A stretch of 64,000 nucleotides of DNA. It comes from an uncultured Candidatus Saccharibacteria bacterium (GTDB taxonomy: Bacteria; Patescibacteriota; Minisyncoccia; Phycocordibacterales; JAKFXT01). Positions within the stretch are counted from its first letter, which is position 1. Each line of letters begins with the position of its first letter. A model generated the notes under the pieces. It ran no database searches and was not told where the DNA came from. It worked only from the letters and a program-made list of their open reading frames with translations. A program made the position numbers and the translations under genes. The DNA is taken from positions 1,709 through 65,708 of the forward strand of contig CAZIPS010000001.1 in the NCBI GenBank assembly GCA_964541455.1, in the 5' to 3' direction. Below are positions 1-9,908 of the stretch, in pieces.

Positions 1-1
1 G

Positions 2-400
2 GGATTATTCGGAGGTATCTTTTTTCACTCACCTGCGCCCACTTTAAGCGAAGAGGGGAAAGCACTTTGTGCGTATATTGATAAAGAAACGGATCACAAT
101 AGCCTTTTTCTTACTGAACCATTTGTCCGCTTGGGACATGACCCTGTGCAGCTTTTTTGTAGGCGTAGTGTGTTTGTTAACCAAGTCGATGGAGATCAGG
201 CCATTCTCAATCGAGAGTATGCGTTTCTCTGGAGGGAACGTTTTGTGGGGGCAAAAGAGGCAAAAGTAGATACCACAAAGCTTCCTTTATTAGTAAAAAA
301 ATATGGTATTGACTATATTCTTTCTGATGGTCCTATTACAACCTCTTTTCCGCTTATATATCAAAATAAAGCATATTACCTCTATAAAACTGCATTTTAG
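2..400 (+). CDS. 3' end of an upstream gene (5'-truncated by the window edge); hypothetical protein
   Basis: The frame at position 2 is open from the window start to TAG at 398-400. The track ORFs 69..269 and 131..400 are internal-Met pieces or alternative frames. No recognisable motifs. Confidence 0.4.
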   Translation, partial: GLFGGIFFHSPAPTLSEEGKALCAYIDKETDHNSLFLTEPFVRLGHDPVQLFCRRSVFVNQVDGDQAILNREYAFLWRERFVGAKEAKVDTTKLPLLVKKYGIDYILSDGPITTSFPLIYQNKAYYLYKTAF

Positions 401-424
401 GCAAGTTCTCCTCATTCCCTTGCT

Positions 425-1444
425 GTGGTATACTCGCCCCACACTATTATGACTACATCACTAGGCACTGAAGGAACTACTGAACAGAGGGTGCTTTTAA
501 CAGGGGCAGGAGGGATGCTTGGCGGGGCGGTGTATAAAGCTGCGCTTAAAAAATACGGGTCTTGTCTTGCCACAGACATTGACCTTAATGAACCATGGCT
601 CTCTTTTCTTGACGTGAGAGATATCCATCAAGTGGAAAAGATTTTTGAAGAGTATAAGCCAACTATTGTTATGCATTTGGCAGCACTCACAGACCTTGAG
701 TATTGCGAACTTAATCCTGAAGAGTCTTGGAAAACAAATGCGCTTGGCACTGAAAACGTGGCGCTCATTGCGAGGAAGCATAACGCTACAATGGTCTATA
801 TTTGTACAGCAGGTATTTTTGGCGGGGAGCAGGAAGAGTTTACTGATTTTGATAAACCAAATCCATTAAGTCACTACGCTAAAAGTAAGTATCATGGTGA
901 GCGTTTTGTTGAGCAATATTTAACTAATTATTACATTTTCCGCGCTGGGTGGATGATGGGGGGAGGGCTTGTGAAAGACAAAAAGTTTATTAACAAGATT
1001 TATAAGCAATTGCGGGCGGGTAAAAAGGAACTTTTTGTGGTGGATGATAAGTTGGGAACACCAACGTATACTGTTGATTTTGCAAACTCAATTATGAAAG
1101 TCATTGATTCGGGGTACTATGGACTTTATAATCAAGTATGTGAAGGAAGTTGTAGTCGCCTTGATGTTGCTAAAGAATTCATAAAGTTACTCGGACTTGA
1201 AGATGAGGTAGTACTTACAATGGTGCCTTCAAGTTATTTTAAACAGGAGTATTTTGCCCCACGTCCATATTCCGAAAAACTTGTTAACCTCAAGTTGCGC
1301 TTGCGTCAAATCAACTATATGCGACACTGGAAGGAAGCTTTGGCTGACTATGCTAAGGAGTTTAGGGAACATTACGATACGTATCATCGTGGGGGAGTAG
1401 TGCAAGCTGAAAAAAAGCCAAAAGGATTTTTATCTAATTTATAA
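425..1444 (+). CDS. RmlD-family NAD(P)-dependent 4-keto-6-deoxy-sugar reductase (dTDP-4-dehydrorhamnose reductase-like)
   Basis: N-terminal Rossmann motif LLTGAGGMLGG. The central block MHLAALTDLEYCELNPEESWKTNALGTENVA...YICTAGIFGG...PLSHYAKSKYHGE...FRAGWMMGG matches the RmlD substrate-binding-domain family pattern (AAYTAVD...STDYVFDG...YGxSK...RTSWVYG). The true start could be the internal Met at 452. Confidence 0.65.
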   Translation: MVYSPHTIMTTSLGTEGTTEQRVLLTGAGGMLGGAVYKAALKKYGSCLATDIDLNEPWLSFLDVRDIHQVEKIFEEYKPTIVMHLAALTDLEYCELNPEESWKTNALGTENVALIARKHNATMVYICTAGIFGGEQEEFTDFDKPNPLSHYAKSKYHGERFVEQYLTNYYIFRAGWMMGGGLVKDKKFINKIYKQLRAGKKELFVVDDKLGTPTYTVDFANSIMKVIDSGYYGLYNQVCEGSCSRLDVAKEFIKLLGLEDEVVLTMVPSSYFKQEYFAPRPYSEKLVNLKLRLRQINYMRHWKEALADYAKEFREHYDTYHRGGVVQAEKKPKGFLSNL

Positions 1445-1449
1445 TTTTT

Positions 1450-2874
1450 ATGGAGCAGTATGACTATGTAGTGTTGGGGGGCGGAGTATCTGGCCTCGGG
1501 TTTGCAAAGCGCATGAGTGAGCACGGTAAAAGCGTACTCGTTCTTGAAAAAGAGGAGGTAGTAGGAGGTCTTTCTCGTTCTCTTTTATATAAAGGATTTT
1601 ATCTTGATTTTTGTGCTCACCGTTTCCATACGCACAACAAAGAAATGCTTGCTGAAATTATGGCTCTCCCTGGCCTTAAGATGGAGCGCCACATCAAAAA
1701 AAGTCGTATTTATATGTTTGGCCGTTATCTCAAGTATCCCTTTGAGATACAAAACTTACTTCGCGCTATGCCACTCCGTGACAGTGTGCTTAGTGGATTT
1801 TCTTTTCTCTATAATCAGATAGCAAAACGTTTTCGTCCTGTAGAGGGGTTACAGTCGTATAAGGATTGGTTTGTGAGGATTTACGGACAGCGGCTCTATA
1901 AGGTGATGTGTTATCCGTATGCTTCGAAAATTTGGCATATTGACCCAGGGCTCATTTCAGGTGATTGGGCGGATCAACGTTTCCAGGGAGAGAACATGAA
2001 GAAACTTCTTATGCGTGTATTTAAAAAGATCATTCGCCTTGATTTTAGTAGTTACAATCTTGAGGATGACACGCTTGCACCAGACGGCGGACCTTTCTAC
2101 TATCCACTACGCGGCATCCAAGAGCTTCCGGATGCACTTAAAAGAGCAAGTGAAAGTAAGGGGGCAGTGGTGTATACAGGAGTTGAGGTAACAGCAGTCT
2201 CTCGTGCTAAAAAGACAGTAACCTTTAGCATGGGCGGCAAGGAGACAACCGTCTCTTATAAGCAAATTATTTCAACAATTCCACTTAATACTTTCTACAC
2301 ACTTCAAGACAAGAAAGATAAAGAGGTAGAAAGGGCACTTTCTGGTATTAAGTACATGGACATCATTTTTGTGTTTGTATTTTTAAATAAACCACAGCTC
2401 TCAAATGATCACTGGCTCTATTTCCCTGATAAAGACATTATCTACAATCGCGCGGTTGAGTTTTCAAACTGGTCTCCAGTTATGTGTCCACCAGGGAAAA
2501 CATCAGTGTGTTTCGACATCACAACATTTGAGGAAAACAATGAGTGGAAAATGAGTGATAAAGAGCTTGTGGACAGGGTTATAAGTGATTCAGAACGCAT
2601 CCACTACTTTAAAAAGGAAGAAGTAATGGATACCTTGGTCACACGGGTTAAATATGCGTACCCATTCTATGATCTTAATTATAGAGAGAAACTAGATAAG
2701 GTTGTGAATTTTTTTGAAGATGGATCAACGTATCTTTTGGGGCGTACCGGAATTTTCCGTTATAACAACTCTGATAACTCAATTGAAATGGGTTTTGAGT
2801 TGGCAGAAAAACTTTTGGCCGGAGAAAAAGATGCTTCGGTGTATCAGTACAAGGTTAAAAAAGTGAGTTACTAA
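1450..2874 (+). CDS. FAD-dependent oxidoreductase, UDP-galactopyranose-mutase/amine-oxidase-like
   Basis: N-terminal dinucleotide-binding motif YDYVVLGGGVSGLGFA...VLVLEKEEVVGG. The AHRFHTHN block resembles the Glf GAHIFHT motif. It is longer (474 aa) than canonical Glf. Confidence 0.5.
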   Translation: MEQYDYVVLGGGVSGLGFAKRMSEHGKSVLVLEKEEVVGGLSRSLLYKGFYLDFCAHRFHTHNKEMLAEIMALPGLKMERHIKKSRIYMFGRYLKYPFEIQNLLRAMPLRDSVLSGFSFLYNQIAKRFRPVEGLQSYKDWFVRIYGQRLYKVMCYPYASKIWHIDPGLISGDWADQRFQGENMKKLLMRVFKKIIRLDFSSYNLEDDTLAPDGGPFYYPLRGIQELPDALKRASESKGAVVYTGVEVTAVSRAKKTVTFSMGGKETTVSYKQIISTIPLNTFYTLQDKKDKEVERALSGIKYMDIIFVFVFLNKPQLSNDHWLYFPDKDIIYNRAVEFSNWSPVMCPPGKTSVCFDITTFEENNEWKMSDKELVDRVISDSERIHYFKKEEVMDTLVTRVKYAYPFYDLNYREKLDKVVNFFEDGSTYLLGRTGIFRYNNSDNSIEMGFELAEKLLAGEKDASVYQYKVKKVSY

Positions 2875-2928
2875 GTGGTTTTTTTCGAGGTGTCTTTTTT
2901 TTGTTTTTTGCGGTTACAATAATGATAT

Positions 2929-4023
2929 ATGCGTTTATTAGTAGCCACAGGCAGTTTCGGTGGTCCGGTAACCTATAGTCGCCTCCTTGAAGGGCGGTTG
3001 CCTTCCCATGGGGTTAAGGTAGAGGTGGTTTCTTTTGGAGAAGTTCTACATTTACCCAAAATAGTGAGGCATATTGTGTACTTTTTAAAGCTCGTACGGC
3101 GCGGAGTTACTTGTCATCTTATTTACGCACAGGACCCTGTGTCTGTTGGGTTACCGGCGTATGCTGCATCACTTTTAATTAAAAAACCTTTTTATTTAAA
3201 AGTGGTGGGGGATTATGCTTGGGAGCAAGCTCAAGCTCGGTATGGAGTTACAGACAGCCTTGATGTGTTTGTTACAAAAAGCAAAACATACGCACTACGT
3301 ATAAAGGTACTTTGTTTTATTGAGCGGTTCGTGGCGCGAAATGCAAAAAAAATAATAGTGCCAAGCAGGTATCTAAAAAAAATAGTGACTTCCTGGGGAG
3401 TTACTCCTCAAAAGATTGAGGTGATTTACAATGCATATAACGAACCGACTATCGTAGAGAGTAAGGAGACACTAAGAGCAATATATGAATATACGTATCC
3501 TACTATTGTTTCAGCAGGACGTCTCGTGCCATGGAAAGAGTTTCCGACACTCATACATTCGTTTAAGGAGTTATTGAATGAATATAAAGAGGCGAAGCTC
3601 TATATTATTGATGATGGGCCAGAGCGACGTAAGTTGTTGGATCTTACAAGAGAGCTCGGTATTGAAGAGCGAGTAATTTTTACTGGTAAAATCGCGCAAA
3701 CAGAACTTCATAAGCGTATTAAGGCGGCAGATCTTTTCGTATTGGCAAGTTCATATGAAGGATTTTCACATGTATTACTTGAAGCGCTTTCGCTTGGTAC
3801 CCCAGTTATCACTTCAACTGAGGGAGGGAACCCTGAACTTGTGGAACATAGGCGAAACGGATTACTTGTTGCGTCACACAATATTTCTGAACTTACCGGA
3901 GCCCTAAAGAAGCTTTGTGGGGATACTATGCTTCAAACACAGTTTGCAACAGCCGGTAAGCGCACATTAGAGCAGTTTAGGGAAGAGGATATGCTTACAA
4001 AGTTAATTACGGTACTTTCATGA
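2929..4023 (+). CDS. GT4-family glycosyltransferase
   Basis: C-terminal GT-B/GT4 signature SYEGFSHVLLEALSLGTPVITSTEGGNPELVEHRRNGLLV (E-x7-E). N-terminal GT4-like domain. Confidence 0.8.
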   Translation: MRLLVATGSFGGPVTYSRLLEGRLPSHGVKVEVVSFGEVLHLPKIVRHIVYFLKLVRRGVTCHLIYAQDPVSVGLPAYAASLLIKKPFYLKVVGDYAWEQAQARYGVTDSLDVFVTKSKTYALRIKVLCFIERFVARNAKKIIVPSRYLKKIVTSWGVTPQKIEVIYNAYNEPTIVESKETLRAIYEYTYPTIVSAGRLVPWKEFPTLIHSFKELLNEYKEAKLYIIDDGPERRKLLDLTRELGIEERVIFTGKIAQTELHKRIKAADLFVLASSYEGFSHVLLEALSLGTPVITSTEGGNPELVEHRRNGLLVASHNISELTGALKKLCGDTMLQTQFATAGKRTLEQFREEDMLTKLITVLS

Positions 4024-5141
4024 AGGTGCTCATGCTCTCAACAGATGCGCATATAGTTGATTCGCAGAGTAAGGAGTTTAAACGTATGCAGTCATATGCC
4101 ACAGTAACCGATGAGTTACATATCATCGTATGCACTACTTCAAACATACGTACAACTGCTTTTCGTGAAGGTAATCTTTTTGTGTACCCAACAAAATCTC
4201 TTCACAAGGTATTTTATGGGGTGGGGATTTTACATACGGCTTTACGTTTGAGATCACGAGAGATTTCAATAGTGACTGCGCAGGACCCGTTTGAAACAGG
4301 GTTTATCGGAGTATGTGTTGCTTTTCTTTTAGGGATACCTCTTCAGGTGCAAATCCACACAGATTTTTTTACTGAATATTTTGCATACTCATTTAAAAAT
4401 ATCATAAGGGCATATATAGCTCGTTTTGTAATTCCTAGGGCAGACGGTGTTCGAGTTGTTTCAGAGCGTTTGAAAAAAGCGGTTATGGCGCAGTATGTGT
4501 TAAAAAGGGAGCCCACAGTACTTCCCATTTATGTTGAAGTACCACTGACCCTTTTTAGTGAGCGAGGAGATCTTCTTAAAAAGAAATACCCGCAATTCGG
4601 TACTATCCTACTTATGGTTTCGCGCCTTGAGGGAGAGAAACATATTGAAATGGCACTCACAGCATTTCGTTCGGTAGTGAATGATTTTCCTGGAATGGGG
4701 CTCGTGGTGGTAGGAGGGGGGAGTGAGGAAGTGAAACTGAAGCGTCTCATTATTGAGTTTGGGCTTGAGCAGAAAGTAATTTTTGATGGGTGGCAGCCTA
4801 ACCCGATTGATTACTTTAAGAGTGCTGATTTCTTCCTGAATACTTCTCATTATGAAGGGTATGGACGAACACTTATCGAAGCTGCATTAGCTGGGGTCCC
4901 TATTGTGACTACTGATGTTGGTATAGTAGGAGAGGTGCTTAATCAAGAAAATGCCTTCATAAGTCCTCCAAAGGATGTTATTGCATTTACGCAACAACTA
5001 CGGGAGGCACTTTTACATAAAGAGGTCACTAAAGAGAAGGCGCGATTAGCACGAGAGGCGGTAGGAGTATATCTTTCGCTTACTGAACAGGAGCGTCTTT
5101 ACATATTAAAAACTTCATGGGAGGCATGCATAAGGAAGTAA
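4020..5141 (+). CDS. GT4-family glycosyltransferase
   Basis: HYEGYGRTLIEAALAGVPIVTTDVGIVGEVL matches the GT4 E-x7-E motif. ATGA start/stop overlap with the upstream gene suggests translational coupling. Confidence 0.8.
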   Translation: MKVLMLSTDAHIVDSQSKEFKRMQSYATVTDELHIIVCTTSNIRTTAFREGNLFVYPTKSLHKVFYGVGILHTALRLRSREISIVTAQDPFETGFIGVCVAFLLGIPLQVQIHTDFFTEYFAYSFKNIIRAYIARFVIPRADGVRVVSERLKKAVMAQYVLKREPTVLPIYVEVPLTLFSERGDLLKKKYPQFGTILLMVSRLEGEKHIEMALTAFRSVVNDFPGMGLVVVGGGSEEVKLKRLIIEFGLEQKVIFDGWQPNPIDYFKSADFFLNTSHYEGYGRTLIEAALAGVPIVTTDVGIVGEVLNQENAFISPPKDVIAFTQQLREALLHKEVTKEKARLAREAVGVYLSLTEQERLYILKTSWEACIRK

Positions 5142-5142
5142 T

Positions 5143-6183
5143 ATGAACATACTTATCACCACACAAGCAGTAGATAATAAAGATGACCACTTCGTTTTTT
5201 TCCTTGATTGGATTTCTGAATTTGCGGCATCGTATAAAAAAGTGACCGTTATTGCGCTACGTACGGGAGAGTATACGCTTCCCCCTAATGTAAAAGTAGT
5301 GTCACTTGGGAAAAATGAGGGGAAGGGGAGACTTACCTATTTGTATCGTTTTTTTAAGACGATTCTTAGTGAGCGTCGGGAGTATGATGATGTATTTGTA
5401 TTTATGAATCCAGAATATGTGGTCTTGGGGGGACTTATCTGGAGATACCTAGGTAAGCGTATTGGGTTATGGTATACCCACAAACAGGTTAATTTAAAAT
5501 TGCGGGTAGCGCATTTTTTTACTCATATTGTTTTTACTGCAATAAAAGAGAGTTTCCGTATCCCTTCTACAAAAGTCTGCGTGGTAGGGCACGGTATCAA
5601 TACTGATCTTTTTTCACCCATGCCCGTGCCTCAACAGGGAATTGAAATACTTACAGTATCTCGAATTGCTCCTATTAAGCATATTGAAAATATGATTGAA
5701 GCAGTACCGTTTATAGAAAAGAAGCTTAATCAAAAAGTAACGCTTTCAATTGTGAGCGCCCTTCCATCAAAAGACGATGCGTATTATCAAAAACTTATAA
5801 CCCTTATTACTCAAAAAAAGCTAACAGAGCAGGTTCATTTTCTAGGCGCTATTCCAGGGGGTGAGCTCCCGCCTGTGTATAATCGTGCTACTATCACTTT
5901 TAACCTGACGCCAACAGGTGGGCTTGATAAGGCAGTACTTGAATCACTTTCTTGCGGCGTTCCTGTTATTGCTTCAAATCAAGGACTGCGACCGCTTTTT
6001 GGTGTCTATCAAGACAGACTTTCAGTTGCTTTGGGGGATGTGGAAGAGTTAGCAGAAAAGGCGTCTTTAGCAGTATCTTTAAAAGAGCATGAAAGCGAAG
6101 CATTGCGTGCCCTCGTTAAAGATACGTATTCTTATAAAACACTCATTAAAAAAATAATAGCTATATATGAAACAGGTCGATAA
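5143..6183 (+). CDS. GT-B glycosyltransferase (GT4-like)
   Basis: GGLDKAVLESLSCGVPVIASNQG is a C-terminal GT4-like nucleotide-sugar-binding motif. Tightly packed in the same operon. Confidence 0.6.
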   Translation: MNILITTQAVDNKDDHFVFFLDWISEFAASYKKVTVIALRTGEYTLPPNVKVVSLGKNEGKGRLTYLYRFFKTILSERREYDDVFVFMNPEYVVLGGLIWRYLGKRIGLWYTHKQVNLKLRVAHFFTHIVFTAIKESFRIPSTKVCVVGHGINTDLFSPMPVPQQGIEILTVSRIAPIKHIENMIEAVPFIEKKLNQKVTLSIVSALPSKDDAYYQKLITLITQKKLTEQVHFLGAIPGGELPPVYNRATITFNLTPTGGLDKAVLESLSCGVPVIASNQGLRPLFGVYQDRLSVALGDVEELAEKASLAVSLKEHESEALRALVKDTYSYKTLIKKIIAIYETGR

Positions 6184-6781
6184 AGCACATTATGAGTTTG
6201 GTAGGTACACTAAGATTGATCGGTGGAGTAGTTACTATTATCAAATAAAGGAAGTACTTCTGACAAAGCCTAAGGCAGTACTTGAGATTGGGGTGGGTGA
6301 AGGAGTATTACGCGATTATATAAAATCACATACTACTATTGCCTATACATCGCTTGATGTGGCAGAAGACCTTGCTCCGGACGTTGTAGGGTCGGTTCTT
6401 AAACTTCCATTCCCTGACAATACCTTCGATACGGTATGCGCGTTTGAGGTGTTAGAGCATCTTCCTTTTGCTGATTTTGAGAAAGCACTTCAAGAACTGC
6501 GTCGAGTTTCGAAACATTTTGTTATTTTAAGTTTGCCGCACTTTGGGCCGCCAGTAAAATTTTTACTTAAAATCCCATTTTTCCCACAATTACAAAAGGC
6601 TTTTAAGATTGTCTTCCCAAAAACACATCATTTTGACGGCGAGCATTATTGGGAGATAGGTAAGAGGGGGTATGGGGTAAGGTATGTGCGAAGTGTACTC
6701 AAAAAATATTTTGTGCTCACAGGAGAGTACGTACCGTTTGAAAATCAGTATCATCATTTCTATGTACTTAAAAAAATATGA
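6167..6781 (+). CDS. class I SAM-dependent methyltransferase
   Basis: Motif I VLEIGVGEGVL, then a D-rich motif and VLEHLPF...LQELRRVSKHFVILSLP, typical of Methyltransf_11/23. Overlaps the upstream gene by 17 nt. Confidence 0.65.
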   Translation: MKQVDKAHYEFGRYTKIDRWSSYYYQIKEVLLTKPKAVLEIGVGEGVLRDYIKSHTTIAYTSLDVAEDLAPDVVGSVLKLPFPDNTFDTVCAFEVLEHLPFADFEKALQELRRVSKHFVILSLPHFGPPVKFLLKIPFFPQLQKAFKIVFPKTHHFDGEHYWEIGKRGYGVRYVRSVLKKYFVLTGEYVPFENQYHHFYVLKKI

Positions 6782-7395
6782 AGACTCCCTGGGAAACTTT
6801 TTTTAGATCAGCAATAACAAAAATTTTCACCGAGAAAAAAAGTATTGTTGATATTGGTGGGGGATTGCGCATCCTTAAAGAAAAAAATAATAGATACGCA
6901 CCTAGTAATGAGTGGATTCGTGAATTTCTTCCGCAGGTTGATTATAAAGTGCTTGATCCTGTAGACACCTATCACCCTGATATTGTGGGCGATATCCACA
7001 ATCTTCCTTTTTCTGATAATTCAATTGATGCAGTGGTGTGTATTGCGGTGTTAGAGCATGTAGAGAACCCATTTAAAGCAATGAGTGAAGTGTACCGCGT
7101 ACTAAAGAAGGACGGATACTGTTTCCTCTATGTGCCGTTTCTTTATTACTATCATGCAGAGAGAGGGTATTATGGAGATTATTGGCGCTTTACTCCAGAA
7201 TCGCTTAAGCTACTTTCAAAACCCTTTTCAAGTATTGAAATAGAAAATGTTCGCGGTGCTTTTGAGACATGGGTTAAGTTAAGTCCTCTTGGAAGAAATA
7301 CTTTCCTAGTTCCTTTGTGGAGAGTGATTGATATGTGTATGGGCAAAGTACATAGTAAACAGACAAGTGGGTACTATGTATTTTTAAAAAAATAG
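6778..7395 (+). CDS. class I SAM-dependent methyltransferase (type 11)
   Basis: VDIGGG...VLEHVENPFKAMSEVYRVLKKDGYCFLYVPF. Tandem paralog of the preceding gene. Confidence 0.65.
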   Translation: MKTPWETFFRSAITKIFTEKKSIVDIGGGLRILKEKNNRYAPSNEWIREFLPQVDYKVLDPVDTYHPDIVGDIHNLPFSDNSIDAVVCIAVLEHVENPFKAMSEVYRVLKKDGYCFLYVPFLYYYHAERGYYGDYWRFTPESLKLLSKPFSSIEIENVRGAFETWVKLSPLGRNTFLVPLWRVIDMCMGKVHSKQTSGYYVFLKK

Positions 7396-7396
7396 T

Positions 7397-8506
7397 ATGA
7401 GATTACTTTATGTTGCAAATGTGCGCATGCCTACAGAAAAGGCTCACGGTATTCAGATAGCTGAAATGTGTAACGCCTTCGCTCAAACGGGGGTCCAAGT
7501 AGTACTCCTTCTTCCTAAACGTGACAATGAAATTAAAGAGGATATTTTTTCTTATTATGGGATACCACAATCGTTCGCTGTTACGTATGTACCGGTATCT
7601 GATACGGTGCGTTTCGGGTTTTTAGGATTTTTATATGAAACGTACTCATTTATTAAAGCAGTAAAAAAATATTTAAGTGAAGCGCAGCTTGATGTAGTCT
7701 ATGGGAGGGATGAGTTGGTATTGGCTGGTCTTTTAAAGCTTGGCGGGAGGTTTGTATGGGAGTCTCATACGGGGGTGTGGAATTGGGCAGTTCGAAAACT
7801 CGTTGCTCAGGAGGTGCCCATAGTAGCTATTAGTCGCGGGCTCGAGACGTTTTACAAGAAGCACGATGTTCCTTTTGATCGATTGTTTGTGGCTCATGAT
7901 GGTTTTTCAGACACGAGGACTGAAGAGTCTTATAGCAAAAAAGATCTCCGCCGCATCCTTTCGTTACCTGAAGAGGGATTTTTGACGGTATATACAGGGA
8001 AACTTGATTCGTGGAAAGGGGTAGAGACTTTTTTACGTGCTGCAACATATAGTAAGGAGGTAAGTACGTTTGTGGTAGTGGGAGGAAATGAAAAGCAAAT
8101 TGCTCCACTTAAGGCGGCACATAAGGAGGTTTATTTTATCCCCTACGTGCACCCGCAGATCGCCGAGCGCTATCAAAGGGCGGCAGATCTTTTGGTGCTT
8201 CCAAATACGGCGAAAAACATTATTTCAAAATACTACACATCACCTTTAAAACTCTTTAACTACATGGCAAGTGGGAATCCACTGTTGGTTTCAGATTTGC
8301 CTTCAGTACGAGAAATTGTAAGCGAAGAGAATGCTTACTTTTTTAAGCCAGATGATAGCGAGGATTTGGCTGAAAAAATAAGGTATATCAAGGAGCATAT
8401 GGACGAGGCGTACTTAAGGGCGGTTAAAGCAAAAGAACATGTTAGAGGCTACGCATGGCAGAGAAGGGCAGAAAAAATTATTGCTTTTGTAAAAAACTAT
8501 TTTTAG
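7397..8506 (+). CDS. GT4-family glycosyltransferase
   Basis: C-terminal GT-B fold motifs (TGKLDSWKGVETFLRA..., YTSPLKLFNYMASGNPLLVSDLPSVREIV). Confidence 0.65.
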   Translation: MRLLYVANVRMPTEKAHGIQIAEMCNAFAQTGVQVVLLLPKRDNEIKEDIFSYYGIPQSFAVTYVPVSDTVRFGFLGFLYETYSFIKAVKKYLSEAQLDVVYGRDELVLAGLLKLGGRFVWESHTGVWNWAVRKLVAQEVPIVAISRGLETFYKKHDVPFDRLFVAHDGFSDTRTEESYSKKDLRRILSLPEEGFLTVYTGKLDSWKGVETFLRAATYSKEVSTFVVVGGNEKQIAPLKAAHKEVYFIPYVHPQIAERYQRAADLLVLPNTAKNIISKYYTSPLKLFNYMASGNPLLVSDLPSVREIVSEENAYFFKPDDSEDLAEKIRYIKEHMDEAYLRAVKAKEHVRGYAWQRRAEKIIAFVKNYF

Positions 8507-8510
8507 GTAT

Positions 8511-8909
8511 ATGAGGGTTTTAAAATATATAAGTTCTGGAATTTTTGTTGCAGCCTTTCAGCTTATCGTTTTTTCTGTACTTAGTAGGTACGCTCCATAC
8601 CTATTGGCTTCTTCCTACGCTTTTGTTTTGGCGGTAATTGTTAGTTTTCTGTTGCAAAAATATTGGACGTTTCGAAATAAAAATAGACGCATGTCAGGGC
8701 AGTTCCTATTTTTTCTCTCAAATTCTTTATGGGGACTACTTTTAAACGGGGTTTTTATGTGGGTATTGGTAGAGAAACTTTTTTTCTATACGCAGATTGC
8801 ACAGGTTGTCACGATGATCTTTCTTGCTACGTATAATTACTTTATATATAAAATAATATTCAAACATAAGGCTGAGGTATTAGGGTCGGTGGACAATGTT
8901 AACCTATGA
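8511..8909 (+). CDS. GtrA-family small membrane protein (polyprenol-P-sugar translocation component)
   Basis: 132 aa with four predicted TM helices. N-terminal GIFVAAFQLIVFSVL and a central YWTFRNK motif characteristic of the GtrA family. Sits immediately upstream of a GtrB-like GT2. Confidence 0.6.
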   Translation: MRVLKYISSGIFVAAFQLIVFSVLSRYAPYLLASSYAFVLAVIVSFLLQKYWTFRNKNRRMSGQFLFFLSNSLWGLLLNGVFMWVLVEKLFFYTQIAQVVTMIFLATYNYFIYKIIFKHKAEVLGSVDNVNL

Positions 8910-8944
8910 TTGTGGGGCGACAGGCTTAATGCTAAAATCCCGCT

Positions 8945-9904
8945 ATGTCTACTAATCCAAAACTTTCAGTAGTACTTCCTATGTACAACGAGGCGGAAAG
9001 CCTACCCCACCTTTTTAAAAGGTTGCGTGAAGTGCTTATACAACACGGTCTTTCTTACGAAATTATTGCAGTAAATGATGGATCAAGGGATGCCACCAAG
9101 TCGATTCTCGAGGAGTATGCAAAAGCGCACCCAGAAATAAAAGTAATTAATTTTGGTGCAAATGCGGGCCAAACCGCAGCACTTCGTGCTGGGATTGAAC
9201 ACGCAAAAGGCGAGGTCATTGTGACTATTGATAGTGATCTTGAAAATAATCCAGAAGATATTCCAAAGCTTCTTAAAAAGATGGAGGAAGAGCAGTATGA
9301 CGTTGTTTCAGGGTGGCGTGCTGATAGATGGGCAGGTGAATACCTGATGCGTAAACTCCCTTCAATGACTGCTAATATGCTTATCTCTAAAATCACTGGT
9401 GTGCCACTGCATGATTACGGGTGTACCCTAAAGGTGTATAAACGTAGTGTTATAGCAGGGGTCCCTTTATACGGGGAGATGCACCGCTTTATTCCAGCAT
9501 ATGCTTCTTGGCGCGGTGCACGGGTTACTGAATTAAAAGTGACCCATACTCCTCGACAATTTGGAGTCAGTAAATACGGCTTTTCACGAACCTATCGTGT
9601 GCTTCTGGATCTACTCCTTTTGAAGTTTTTGCATAAATACAAAGATCGTCCAATGCATTTTTTTGGAGGGTTCGGGTTCATACTCATGTTTCTTGGACTT
9701 TTTACAGGAACACTAGCAATTGCGCTTAGGCTTACGATTGGACTACATTTGGTCCAAACACCATTACCTGTTTTAACTGCACTTTTACTAATTACAGGAC
9801 TTAACCTCGCTTTGATGGGTATTGTGGCTGAAATGCTAATGCGTACGTATTACGAAAGTAAGGGAGAAAAAACATATATTATCGGAGATACACATAATTT
9901 GTAA
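8945..9904 (+). CDS. GT2 polyprenol-phosphate glycosyltransferase (GtrB/ArnC/Dpm1-like)
   Basis: LSVVLPMYNEAESL...IIAVNDGSRDAT...TIDSDLENNP (DxD) is a GT-A catalytic domain. Two C-terminal TM helices, typical of polyprenol-P-sugar synthases. Confidence 0.8.
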   Translation: MSTNPKLSVVLPMYNEAESLPHLFKRLREVLIQHGLSYEIIAVNDGSRDATKSILEEYAKAHPEIKVINFGANAGQTAALRAGIEHAKGEVIVTIDSDLENNPEDIPKLLKKMEEEQYDVVSGWRADRWAGEYLMRKLPSMTANMLISKITGVPLHDYGCTLKVYKRSVIAGVPLYGEMHRFIPAYASWRGARVTELKVTHTPRQFGVSKYGFSRTYRVLLDLLLLKFLHKYKDRPMHFFGGFGFILMFLGLFTGTLAIALRLTIGLHLVQTPLPVLTALLLITGLNLALMGIVAEMLMRTYYESKGEKTYIIGDTHNL

Positions 9905-9908
9905 AAGT

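Noticed and set aside
69-400. Track ORFs 69..269 and 131..400 as independent genes
   Set aside because: The frame of 131..400 is open back to the window edge, so it is the 3' end of a truncated upstream gene. 69..269 is an overlapping alternative frame.
497-781. Antisense ORFs within confirmed genes (e.g. 497..781-, 4343..4850-, 9055..9396-, 33528..33880-, 42772..43048-)
   Set aside because: Each lies fully inside a well-supported sense-strand gene with strong motif evidence. Typical shadow frames.
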